Of a stretch of DNA of 64,000 nt, positions 13,801 through 26,345 are shown one piece after another (position 1 is the first letter of the stretch; each line of letters begins with the position of its first letter). The notes under the pieces are model-generated. The model was not told where the DNA came from and made no database searches. It saw only the letters and a list, made by a program, of their open reading frames with translations. This stretch comes from Phallusia mammillata. Its lineage: Eukaryota. A program made the translations under genes and the position numbers. Location: the NCBI GenBank assembly GCA_965637545.1, contig OZ281496.1, forward strand, positions 25,978,001-26,042,000, written 5' to 3'.

Positions 13801-15760
13801 TTGTTTCTTTCTCAAACTTCGAATCGGTGGTAACGTAAGAAGATACCAGGAGACCTGAAATATAAAAGCAGAAAGTCAACCAGTTTAAAAGTTCGCCTGT
13901 AAACAAGACAATTACCGTTATTTCTATATTTTCGTTGCAAGTCATTGTTGCCGAATCCCGTCGCTGACTATTCTTTTGAAAGAGTTACTATAAAAAAACG
14001 CAACAACTCTTTTCACTGGGAGTCACTAAGAAAGGACAACAGAAGAAACTTAACTATTACACAAAAGACCGAGTAGCAAAGGCATAAATTACAACAACTT
14101 ACAGACACGATCCAAATGCGATTTACAAGTGAAAAGATGCCTCGTCAGGATCCATTCTCCAAGACACCTGTTACAAAACAAGATTACAGATAAAATGCAG
14201 AAACAATATCTTTATCTCACATACACATTGCTTATTTGACTCATACACATTCCGTTGCACTAACCTGTGAAATAACTGTTGGTCAGGGATTCACCGTCTT
14301 GGCTCCAGAATTCAACTGTTGGCAGAGGATCTCTACGGTCCTGCAAAACAGCACAGGTCGAAGCATCTAAATGACAAAATACATAAAATAACAACGTTAT
14401 CAAATATCGGTAACAATTATCCTACATATGCGGCAAAGTGTCGTGCCTCTAAAGTTGTTTACTTACATCCAACATGGTCGCCTCTGAGGCTCTGACCCAG
14501 ATTTCCTGCTTTATTGGCTTCAGCAAGTAGATGGGTGACTGACAAACATCTGCAACAAAACATCTGCTGCAGAATTTGATGCACTAACCGAATTAAGACA
14601 AAATTATGGTGATTTACTGTTATCCATGCTGCCAACTCAAAGAGCACACGTGACATGCAAAATATGAAGTGACATGCCAATTCGCCATGCAAAACTAGAA
14701 TACTAGCTATACTACAACTGAACTTAACTTAACTATTGTGTCTTTCTCGAACTTCGAATCGGTGGTAACGTAAGAATGCCAGGAGTCCTGAAATATAAAA
14801 GCAGAAAGTCAACCAGTTCGCACCCACATTATCGTGTTCTGTTTTCAACATACAAAATCACCTGGACTTTGTGGTTGTAAAGTGATCTTTGGTCGTCTCT
14901 CATCACAAGTTACTGCAAAAAGAATAACATTCATCAAACCTTTGGACCTATAAAGAAACACAGCGTAAGCACACTTCAAAACAAATCAAGGTCATTAACT
15001 TTTGTCATGAATTATTTCAAGCAAAACTCACTGGCGTAGTAGGAGGTGATTTGGGTTTGCAGTTTTTAAATGGTCTTCCCTTATCGCCAGATCTTCTTCA
15101 CTGCGTGTTACTAATAATGGACAGCAGAAGAAACCTAACTAATAAACAAAAATACCGAGTAGCAAAAGCATAAATTTCAAGAACTTACAGGCAAGATCCA
15201 AATGTGATTCAAAAGTGACAAGATGCGTCGTCAGGATCCATTCTCCAAGACGTCTGTTACAAAACAAGACTGCAGATAAAATGCAGAAACAATATCTTTT
15301 CTCACATACAGGCCCTAGGATTTAACTGTTGGATCCCTACGGTCCTGCAAGACAGCACAGGTCGAAGATTCTAAATGAAAAAAAAAACTACATAAAATAA
15401 CAAAGTTAACAAATATAAGCAATAATTATCCTTCGCATACGGCAGAGTTTCGTGCCTCTAAAGTTGTTTACTTACATCCAACATGGTCGCCTCTGACCTT
15501 GATTTCCTGCTTTACTGGCTTCGGAACAGCAAGTAGAAGGGTGACGGACAATAATCTGCAAAAAAAATTACAGCCGAATTTGATGTGCAAAACGGAATTA
15601 AGACGAAATTATAGTAATTTACTGTTACCCATGCTGCCAACTGAAAAAACACACGTGACATGCAAAATATGAAAGGTAACATGCCAATTCACCATGCAAA
15701 ATTAGAATACTAGCTATACTACAACTTAACTTAACTATGGTGTCTTTCCCGAATTTCGGT
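4887..15760. repeat. Tandem array of ~2 kb units, each a dimer of two diverged ~1 kb subunits
   Basis: Identical ORFs recur at 6465, 8464 and 10463 (period 1999 bp). Unit landmark ttYgcctgtaaacaagacaattacc occurs near 4887, 5931, 7930, 9929, 11970 and 13892. Confidence 0.95.
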
Positions 15761-18700
15761 AGCAACGTAAGAAAATACGAGGAGTTCTGAATTATGAAAA
15801 GTATAAATATCAGCCAGTTTGCATCCACATTTGCGTTTTCCGTTTTCGACAAACAAAATCACCTGGACTTTTTCAGTTGTAAAGTCGTTTTTGGTCGTCT
15901 CTCATCTTCAGAAGTGTGAAGTCGTTATCATCACAAATTGCTGCAACAAGAATGACATTCAGCAAACCCTTGGGCTCACATATAACCTCCACTGCTTTTG
16001 CAGGCTTTGATGCTTCGCTGAAAAGGTCATGAAAAAAGAATGAGACTACAATACATTTACTGTTGTTAATATTCTCAGTTTAAACGCGCTTACTAATATT
16101 TGGAACACACGTGACATGCAAAACACTAAGTGCAGCACGCCAAGTCACCATGCAAACTAAAATGCTTACTATGCAACAACCTTACAATTCGGTATGTCGT
16201 TAAAAATGCATTGCTATAATGCGGTAAACCATTTAAGACACAAAACTTTAAATCAGATTCACTTAACTTTAATCCGAAAAGTCAAAGATATTGCCGATTG
16301 TCTTGAGTACACGATCCATGTCTTGTTGGCTTCCTGTAAAAAGAAAAGCAAAAGCAGTAACAAGAGACTTACCACACAGTACTAAATCTAATTTAACTCT
16401 AATGTTTATGTGTGTACTCACACTCATGGCATCCGCATAGTCGGTGTGACATGCCAAACCTCCATGTAAAAGTGGTATGTGACGTGCAACATGCCAAACC
16501 ACCATGTATAGTTGGAATCCTTAATATAACAACACCTTTTATACTTGCCAATAATATGGCCAAATAATTAGGTCGTGAAAAAAAGCAACTTGACTCCAAT
16601 CGGTTTGGCTAAAAGTTTAATCTTGGTTCAACGCGACCTTTCCTGTAAAAAAACAAATAAAGCAGCAACAAGAAACCAAACGTAGTATTTAATTAAGTTT
16701 ACACTATACGTTTTAAGTAACATGCGCCGATAGGATAAGTGCACGATATGCTATCTTCACATGTTTGTCAATAAAATCTAGGCGTTACATTACAGGCAAT
16801 GAATTTAAATATGTACATGCCTGCAGGATTGTTGTAAAACAGAAAATTCCACGTTTTACGCATTCAACTGTTCAGTCGGCGGTTTAACCATCATTGGAAA
16901 TCCAAACGAAGACTGAAACAAAACAATCCACCATGTATCTACATAGCAACAATGCCATGTGTTTACAAAAGCTACTAAAATCTATTGAACAAATTGTTTT
17001 TCGGTATCGTTGTAGAAGCAAACAAGTGTGTAACTTTGTTTACTCTACATCGACTTTATAAAAGAAAAAATTACCTGCAGATCTCATTCGCCCATCCACC
17101 TCCGACACGAGCAGGAGAAGAATAACAGCCAGCACGCGCTCAAGATATGTCGGTTTCCTCTTTTCTGTTTCGTCCACCAATCAGCACGCTTGCCATTTGG
17201 AACGTCACACGGATGTTTATTACCCGTCCAGTGGAAAGCCTTATTGCAACAACTAGTAAACCTTGAATTGTTTTCTCTGTACAATAAAAATAAAACAGCA
17301 TCAGGACGTAACAATTTGTAACATATTTTACAATTTGCATTATAATACGTTTGAAAATTACAACATGTAAAGACAGGATTAAGTGCACGTTAAACGGCCC
17401 TTCCATGTTGGCATTATTAAAACACGATTTTGTGTAGTTAACAAACACTTGCCTTTAGTTTCAGTTTGACGGAATTCAGCAGAGTCCGCGGTGTTCACGA
17501 GAGAAAATCCTTGGCGTATAAAGGTTTTTTTCTCGCAAGCGGTAAAGGATAACCAGCGTGCAATACGATAAAAGTTATTATTACGAAGTACATGTAAAAA
17601 AGTAAATTACCTATTTCTTAATGAACTTGATGAGGTCTTCTATGCAGCTATGGTTTCTCGTGAGCAGCTCCGGTGCAGAATTTCTAGGAAACAAGTAGAG
17701 TATCAAATATAACATTCAGGTGTGTGATAGGGTATGAAGAAACAGTGGCATATTGTATAAGAAACACAGTTTGAAATATAGTAAACGGAAAACAAAAATG
17801 CAGTTTAGCGAATAAGACTGAGAGGAGGTTAACTTAAATTTGGGAAGGTGTTGTTACTGTTTTACAAAATAATTGGATTCCTTCAGGTTTTGTTTTCGCA
17901 CTTGGTTTAAGCATCAACTTTGTAAAGTTAAATAGAAGCGTAATCTAAACTTACAATGTTTCATGCGTCGTTGAAATAAACTGGATTTTTCAACTGGCTT
18001 TCTGATGCTCCGACAAACATCTGTAACAAAACTGACACCAGCATTCGAGTTGTTTTACAAAGGGTAATATATTTTTCCCGTTGCTGATAACCGAATACTC
18101 CACTAAACACAAGTGACATATAAAACCGCAAGTGCAACACGCCAAGGCAACATGCTAAGAACAACAAGAAGTTTGCCATTCATTGCAGCAACGGGAAAAT
18201 GCCTGCTTAAAATCATAGGTTTGCTTGTAAACAACTAAATTACCTGCGACATTATCGCCGTAAGTTATTGTTGACGTCTCCCATTGCTGACGCCTAAAAA
18301 TACAAATGTACCAATGGGCAATAAACTTACTATAACGACATTTGTTGTCACAAAACAGAATATTCAAATAAAACTTACTGCAAAGTAAGACGTGACATGG
18401 TTTTTCAGCTTTTGTATAGTCGTCCCTCATCGCCAACTCTTCTTCGCTATGTGTTACGTAAGAAAAAACGACAGAATTCATAAATTGAAGTTGTAATAAC
18501 CTGTGAAAGATTGGAATGTTGGTCAGGCTGTCTCCATCCTGGCTCTAAGATTTAACTGCTGGATCCTTACGGGCCTGCAAGACACCATAGGTCAAAGGAT
18601 CTGAATCAAAAACACAAAATAGCAATGTTTTTTTAACAAAACCTCTTAAAATTGTTTATACTTTACTTGCACAACAGGTTTGCACATAAACCGGATTTCT

Positions 18701-21700
18701 CCACTTCTTTTCTGGCTTCAGAACAAAAAGTAGAAGCATAGATTGACAAACATCTGCAACAAAACTTACAGCAACATTTGGTGTACGTAGTTACCATTTA
18801 AAAGTTTTATTACATTTTTACATGCTGCCAACTAAAAGAACACACGTGACATGCAAAATGTGAAGTGTTATTTGCCATATTACCATGCAACATTAGAATA
18901 CTTGCTATACTACAACTTAACTATTGGGTCTTTCCTGAACTTGAGGTCGCGGATTTTGCGGCAAACTATTCGGTGATGTTTCACAAGTTTAATCTTTCAG
19001 GTGGCACCGTAAGAAAATGCCAGAAAACCTGTAAGAAAACGACCCAATATCATGAAATATAAAAAAGTATCAAAGTCAACCTAATGTTTACGTTTCTAGC
19101 AAAAAAAGTGACCTAGGACATTTCGGTTGTGAAGTCATCTTTGGTAGTCTATCATCGCCCAAGCTTTCCTCACAACGAGTTACTGCCACAAGATTGACCT
19201 ATAACAAACCTGGTACAGGAAAAGGAACCAAGCACCACAAACTTCCAATAAATTACCAAGACTTGTAAAAAAACAAATATAACAAAACTTACTGGCGAGG
19301 ACAATTTTGATGTGTAATGCAGAAGAGAGGGAGATAGAGAGAAGTCTGGTAAATAGATGCCTCATCCCGTCCCAATCTATCTGTTCCACCTAAACGAACA
19401 CGTACATCAGCTAACCTTTTGTATTTGTTTTAGCACGTAGCATTCATATTTAAGTTCACTTAAGACCAGCGATTTGTAGACATATTGAACAGAATAGTTA
19501 ACTGCTATTGCACTAACGTTTTGAGGATTTAACTGTTGGTCAAAAATCTCTGTGGTCAGAGCAGGATCAACGCTCCCAAAGGGAAGTATTAGCGACAACA
19601 ATCCCAGGCCTTTTGACTATTGTAATTCCAAGTTTGTTTACTTACATGTAACATCTCCGAATATAAACCAGATTCCTTTGCTGCTTTAGCAGGTTTTCAT
19701 GCTGTGTAGAAACTTTGAAGAAAAGTAGCCTGCAAGACGCACAACAAACCTAATAAGACTAAATTACACTTGGTTTAATATTGTTATCTTCAAAGGTAGT
19801 GCTTACTTACTCAGAACACACGTTAAATACAAAACATGAAGTGCAACATGCCAAACCGCCATGTAAAGCTTAAATTCTCGCTACACTGCAACTTAACGAC
19901 CGATGTGAATCACCAATTGTGCGCCATGCCAATTACCCCACGGAAAACTAAAAAATCAATTGAACTTAACTTTAATCGTTTGAAGACAATATTTTATTCA
20001 TGTCTTGTTGTCTTCCTGTAAAAGAAAGGCAGAAGCAGAACCAGGAAGCGCAAGACACAGTCATAAACCTAGCCACATCTAATCTTTCACCGATGCTGAC
20101 AACTTAGTAGTCGGAACACACGTGACATGCCAAACGCCAAGTGCGACATGCCAAACCAGAATGCAAAACTGAAAACTAAACAATGCTACAGCTTAGTAAC
20201 TATAACTGATCATTAACCTAGCAAATATTAAAAGCATAAATCTCCTATTATGTGACCAACCAATTAGGACATGTAAAATCGAAAAACAAGGTAACTTCAC
20301 TTCAAACGGTTCGGCAATTTCCATCTTGGCTCTTCGTAACTGTTGTTGTCTTCCTGTAAAAACAAAGCAAAAGCAGTGCCAAGAAACACAACACAGGGAT
20401 ATATTTTGTTGACAATATACGTTTCAAGTAACGTGCAAAGATGGAATATGTGCACTTTATACCACCTTTGCATTGTATTGGCTAAATTTAGGCGCTATAT
20501 TACGTCAAATTAATGAAAACATTTACGTGCCTGTTGTTCTCTAGTTCCCATTTCTAAGCATCATTGGATGCACAAAAGTCTAAACTCTAAAAAACAATCC
20601 ATTAGCAGTACCAGGGAACCTAAACAAACTTTGAACGCATTTAACCCCGGAATTTTTCAATAAGTAAACTGGTGTGCACCAACGTTTACTTCTGTATGGA
20701 CACCTATTAATTACTTTATAATAACAGAATTACCTACATAAACCCCAGATGACCATCCACCTTCAACGCGAGCAGCAAAAGCGGAAGGACCGATCGCACA
20801 AGCCCAAAAATGTGATCCAATCTTTGTTTATTTTGCCTTCGGTCAATCACAAGGCTTGTTTTTGACACGTCACATGGAGGTACGGTCAGTAGGTCTTTAT
20901 CACCTCCGCGGGAACTAAAGAAAAGCACACATTAGGTTTGATTTCCTCAAAAAGGTATTACTGAGGTCGGTTCAGCCTATGCTCACAATATAGTGGCCAG
21001 AGCGCACGTGACATGCCCAACATCAGTGCAACATGCCAATTCCGCAAGCAAAACCGAAAACCATACACTACAAGAGGTTGGCAAATAGGTGACAGGACAT
21101 TAAAACCCAAAAAACGAGGTAACTCAACTTCAGTCGATTTGGCTTCAATCTCCATTGTGGCTCTACGCGACTGTTGTTACCTGCGAAAGACAAGGCAATA
21201 GGAAGATAAGATATGTGCACTCTATATTATCATATTTACGTACCTGTTTTCTCGTTGCATGTATCTTTTCACTATTCGCTATAATCCTCAATCGATGCAC
21301 AAAAGTACAAAATGAACCTAAAACAACGCAATACATTTGCATTGTCATGCAGTTAGGGAATCTAAACACATTAAATCCGGTATTATTGCAGAATAAAACT
21401 ATTTTGCACCCAGGTTTGCTTATGCAATTACTTATAGTCAGAACACATGTGACATGCAAAACACGAAGTGCAACATGCCAAATCACCATGCCACTACAAC
21501 TTATTGAAATTTTCCAGCAAAACATTGACGCCATGGATAACTTAACTATCAACTTAACTTTATTCGGTTTAAAGTCAATCTTGGTTCTCCGAGTACTCTC
21601 TGTCTTGTTGCCTTCCTAAAATAGAAAAACAGAAGCAGAACCAAGAAACGCAAAACACAGTAACAAACTGGTTTATATGTTATCTTTGGTTAACATCTAA

Positions 21701-24700
21701 AAATCTAACAGTCGCAACACACGTGAGATGCCAAACGCCAAGTGCAACATGCCAAACCAGAATGCAAAACTGAAAACTAGAATATACTACAGCTTAATAA
21801 CTAGCCTATAACTAATAATTAACCTAACAAATATTAAAAGCATAAACCTCCAATTATGTGACCAACTAATTAGGACATGTAAAATCGAAAAACACAGTAA
21901 CTTAACTTCAATCGGTTTGGCTTCAATTTCCACCTTGACTCTTCGATGTTGTTGTCTTCCAGTAAAAACAAAGCAAAAGCAGTGCCAAGAAACAGAAGAC
22001 AGTGATATATTTCATTGACTATATACGATTTAAGTAACATGCAAAGATGGGATACGTGCACTCTATATACCCCCTTACAGTGTGTTGGCTAAATTTAGGC
22101 GCTATATTACGTCAAATTAATGAAATCATTTACGTGACTGTTGTTCTCTTGTTTTCATTTCTAACCATCATTGGAAGTCTAAAAACCAATCCACTAGCAG
22201 TACCACGCATTTAGGGAACCTAAGCAAACTTTGAACGCTTGCACCAGCGTTTACTTCTGTGTGGATACCAATTAATTTACTTTGTAACAACGATACTACC
22301 TGCATAGACCCCAGATGACCATCCACCTTTAACGCGAGCAGCAAAAGCAGAACGACCGATCGCACAAGCCCAAAACTTCGACCTATCACACGGCTTGTTT
22401 TTTTCGGAAACTAACCAAAAACACACATTTAAGTTCCTAGAGATTTCCTGAAAAAGGTATTACTCGGACGGACGCTATTTTGCACTTATCTGCAAAGTAA
22501 TTAATGTTGGTCAAGTCAAGGATCACTGCAGTCCTGCAAGACAACACAGGTCGACAGCTCTGAAAATACAAAATACAGCACTAAACCTAGTTCATATCTA
22601 ATCGTTTATTCAGGCCTATGCACACACGTGACATGCCCAACATAAGTGCAACATGCCAAGTCCGCATGCGAATATGAAAACTATACAACAGCTTAACAAC
22701 TAGGTGGCCAACTATACAGAACATTAAAACCAAAAAAAAACGAGTTAACTCAACTTCAATCTCCATCTTGGCTCTTAGCGATTGTTGTTGCCTCTAATCC
22801 TCAATCGATGCACAAAACGACAAATAGAACCTAAAACAAAACAATGAATTAGCAGTGCCATGCATTTAGGAAAGCTAAGCAAACTAATAGAACACTTACC
22901 GGTAGTATTGCAGAAAAAAAGTAGTGCGCATACAAGTTTGCTTATACGCTCAGAACACATGTGGCATGCAAAACACAAAGTGCAACATGCCAAATCACCA
23001 TGCCACTACAACATACTGGAATTTCGCGGCAAAACATTGACGCCATCGATAACTTAACTATCAACTTAACTTTGTTCGGTTTAAAGTCAATCTTGGTTCT
23101 TCCAGTACTCTGTCTTGTTGCCTTCCTAAAATAGAAAAAAAGAAGCAGAACCAAGAAACGCAAAACACAGTAACGAACTAACTTATATGCTATCTTGGGT
23201 TTACACCGATCTAAAAATCTAATAGTCGCAACACACGAGACATGCCAAACGCCAAGTGCAACATGCCAAACCAGAATGCAAAACTGAAAACTGAACTATA
23301 CTACAGCTGAACGGTAACTCAACTTTAATCAATTTGGATTTGGTTCCCTTCTACCGTCCCATGGAGCTTTTTTTCTACAATTAGTCAATTCCACTTCGAG
23401 CTGATTGATTAGTTGCTTTAGGCATAAACCTTAGGAAGACTTCGTTCAAGTAAGCTTGCGGGGGCGTGACTCGATTGGCGCTTGTGACACTGCAGTGCTT
23501 GCCGGAAGCTAAAAACGGATTTTACCGTAGAAACGAACCTGTGGTGTTAACACAGACAAAATCCAACAAAAACTAACTAAATTTACCTGCTGCCAGCCGC
23601 TACATGCTGCAAAATGTCGGTGCACATTAATAACCGTTATCCATAAAACACAAATGAAAACACAAAAATAGAGACTCTTTATAACGATGTACTCCAGTAC
23701 AGAAACATTTGTTTTTAACTCGATTTCTGTCTCATACTAAGAAACGTAACATTGCGAACTAAACCTAGTTTACTTGTATTCTGCCTTACACAAACAGCAA
23801 CATACCCCCAATCAGCATGCAGACGATTTTGCCGTTGCCGAAACGTATGTGCGGTTTGTAACCGAAATCTCAACATAGTTCAACACAGTTCAGTTGGTAC
23901 AAGCTAAAATTCGACCAAAGAGTAAATAGCTTACCCCAGAACCTGTACTTTTTTATTGTAGGATATTGACCTTGATTATTTTTTTGATCAAGAAAAGAGG
24001 TATAGCATCGTTTAGTTCCTCTTCTCGGCACAGAAAACGAACACCGAGTTTCCATTTTTCCTGTACGAAAGTAAACACCGGAAGAGCAAAAATATATTGA
24101 AAAATTAAAGCTACTTTATCAGTGCACGCTGCACTGTCTTTTTTGGACCAAGATTGTACTAATTTAATCGGGAACAAAAATCTTATGTTTGACTATTACC
24201 GACAATGATTAAGTTGCAAGAATTACAGACTTTAGTAATCTTTTAGAGCATTTTTTCAAAGCCAAATGAAATTTACCGTCAAATAATTTCCGAAACTTTT
24301 TTTTATGCTATTTTATTTCGGAAATTCGGCAAGCGGTGCACTTCTACCAATGACGACAAGCGAATAGGTACCCAAAACACATGACGTGCAAAGAAGTGCA
24401 ACATGCTCAAGCACCGGGCTAGCTATTCGCATCAACATGGTAGAAATGTTGGTTTAATTCGTTGTTTATGTCACACTGTTTGCATGCCGCCGCTATTAAA
24501 AAGCTTCATAACAAACTTATGGGGCGTTACATTATGCTTTCTTTGTGCGTTGTGGGACAAAGAGACTTTAATGCGGAAATCAATTATGTTTAACCATACA
24601 TTCTAACAAATTACTGGTTTAAAATTAAATTTTCTGACAACTAAATTTACTTACATTGCTGCCTCACGTATCCGTGTCGAAACGTAGGGGTGGTAGGTAA

Positions 24701-25750
24701 CCGAAATCTGAAACAACAAACAACAGTGTGATGTGTAGAAAACTAGGCCGAAAGAACAAAAAATACAAAAATAAATCTAGCAAATGGTCCCACCGCATAT
24801 TTACGTGTATTGCATTTTATTAAAAAGTATTTAGCTCTTGATTAGTCTTTATCAATTGTCCAACCATATATTCTGTAAAATATGCTGGACTAACATGCTG
24901 TATATTTTGTAAGCCATGTAAGGTAAGGTATATTACGTATATTTTTAGGTTTTATACGATAGGCATGTAAGTGATCTTTCCTAAATGCAATTTTCAAAAG
25001 TTAAAAACTCGTCTAAAAATTAGTCACCTGTAACTCGAAGGCCTTGTTTGTTTTTTAACATCTCCTTCCTTCTCGAAAAAAGGACGGTCGCGTTTCCACG
25101 TTTACTGCATGAAAAAAAAAGCAGAGGCAGAAACGTATGGAAAAATAAAAGCTAACTTACTTGTCATGCGCTAAAATATGTCAACATGTGAAGACAGGAT
25201 AAGTTCACGGTAAACTGTCTTCCCAATAGAAATGTGATAATTTTATTGGGCATAGTATACATTACGACAACATCTCAGTCCAACGTTATCCATGTGATTT
25301 ACGTCGCAATAACGTTTAGATAAGTTTGAATAATAACAATATGCTTAAGTCACAAAACATAGGTTATCAATTTGTTTTTGAGCCAATTGAAAATTTGTAG
25401 CGTGACGAGTGACCACATTAGTAAACTCAAATTTATCTATTTGTTTCAAAATTTGCAGCACACTTCTACCAATGCCGACAAACGAATAGTTACCCGAAAC
25501 ACATTTCATGCAAACAATAAAGTGCAACATGCTCACGCACGGGCTAGCTATTCGCAACAACATGATAGAAGTGTTAGCTTTAGTTTGCTGTTTATGTCAC
25601 ACTATGAGTATGTACGGTAAGTTTATCAAGATTTTATTTTAAAATAATTCTTCAAAAGGGCTTTTGTTAAACGGGTTCACTCACATTGCTGCCTTCCATT
25701 ACTGTGTCGAAACTTAGGTGCGCCTTGTGACCAAATTCTGAATCTAAACA
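15760..25750. repeat. Older diverged duplicates of the same repeat family
   Basis: 18480-19330 resembles 2205-3050. 20030-20870 resembles 21620-22390. 21430-21790 resembles 22945-23310. Related blocks occur at 23780, 24650 and 25680. The cacacgtgacatgc motif recurs throughout. Confidence 0.85.
17071..17215 (-). promoter_or_regulatory. Putative promoter and first exon of a non-coding unit
   Basis: CCAAT at 17177-17181, ACGTCAC at ~17202, a CpG-rich stretch ending in minus-strand donor cag|gtaatt at ~17074. Related copies at ~20729-20880 and ~22296-22395. Confidence 0.5.
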
Positions 25751-26055
25751 AAAATAAACACGGCTCAATGCATTTTAACCGCCACATGTTTTAATCATAA
25801 ATGGCAAGTTATCATAGTAAGCCAGGCCTGTTGTTTCTTATTTTCTTGAAATAATGTTTCTTTACCCTGAATTTGAATAGGATAAGGGAATCATATATAA
25901 TTTAAATGAAACAAAAAGATCTATCTTGTATTAAACAAATTTTGAAAACCTAAATGCATTTTAAACATTACACATCGGTTACAATGCAGAATTAAACCTA
26001 TGCACTAAAGTTTATTGCTACACCTACACCAGCAAGTAAGTTTAGAAACAATAGC

Positions 26056-26345
26056 ATTACCCGCACACTCTCCGTTCAGCACAACATCCTTCAGCAAGAA
26101 ACATCAGAAAAGAATGAGCCAACACACGCACACTAGCAAGAAGTGTGACATCCCCTTTTTTCTCTTCGTCCTCATGACCAATCAGAGTCCTTGTTTTAAA
26201 AAACGTCTCAGGGGCGGTCTGAAACCAACCAATGACAAGCGTTATTGCACCAATTAGTGAGTTGCGTTTGGGAAGAGGGTAATTGAATGCTAGAGGCCAA
26301 GCGTTAGAACGCTCATTGGTCAAAGAGGCATCACGTGACACCACT
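26056..26345. promoter_or_regulatory. CCAAT-rich promoter, possibly bidirectional
   Basis: CCAAT at 26178, 26229 and 26250; ATTGG at 26315; GGGGCGG at ~26210; TCACGTGA at 26331; minus-strand donor gg|gtaatg near 26059. Confidence 0.6.

Larger units (their letters stand above)
2210..26150 (-). ncRNA. Tandem family of putative multi-exon non-coding transcripts
   Basis: Recurrent minus-strand exons with polypyrimidine-AG acceptors and GT donors, e.g. ttttttttgcag|ATTATTGTCC...GTTGGAT|gtaagta (~5577-5657), ctgttttgcag|GACCGTAG...TTCACAG|gttagt (~6411-6487), gtttcag|ATTTCGG...AGCAAT|gtaagt (~24655-24707). Paralogous exons differ by non-triplet indels and contain stops. No expression data available. 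Confidence 0.55.

Noticed and set aside
4887-15760. Repeated 60-120 aa ORFs and a CRISPR-like reading of the array
   Set aside because: The ORFs cross predicted intron boundaries and break between copies. Units are 1-2 kb, there are no unique spacers or cas genes, and the DNA is eukaryotic.
24670-24690. GTCGAAACGT resembling a hammerhead 3' core
   Set aside because: No upstream CTGANGA; it lies within a minus-strand exon-like block.
2581-25535. The conserved element as a C/D or H/ACA snoRNA, SECIS, or miR-92-like miRNA (TTGCACTT)
   Set aside because: No paired C and D boxes on the spliced strand. ACA/H-like words are on the strand that folds poorly. No SECIS core. The stem is short with a large asymmetric bulge, and the seed differs from AUUGCAC.
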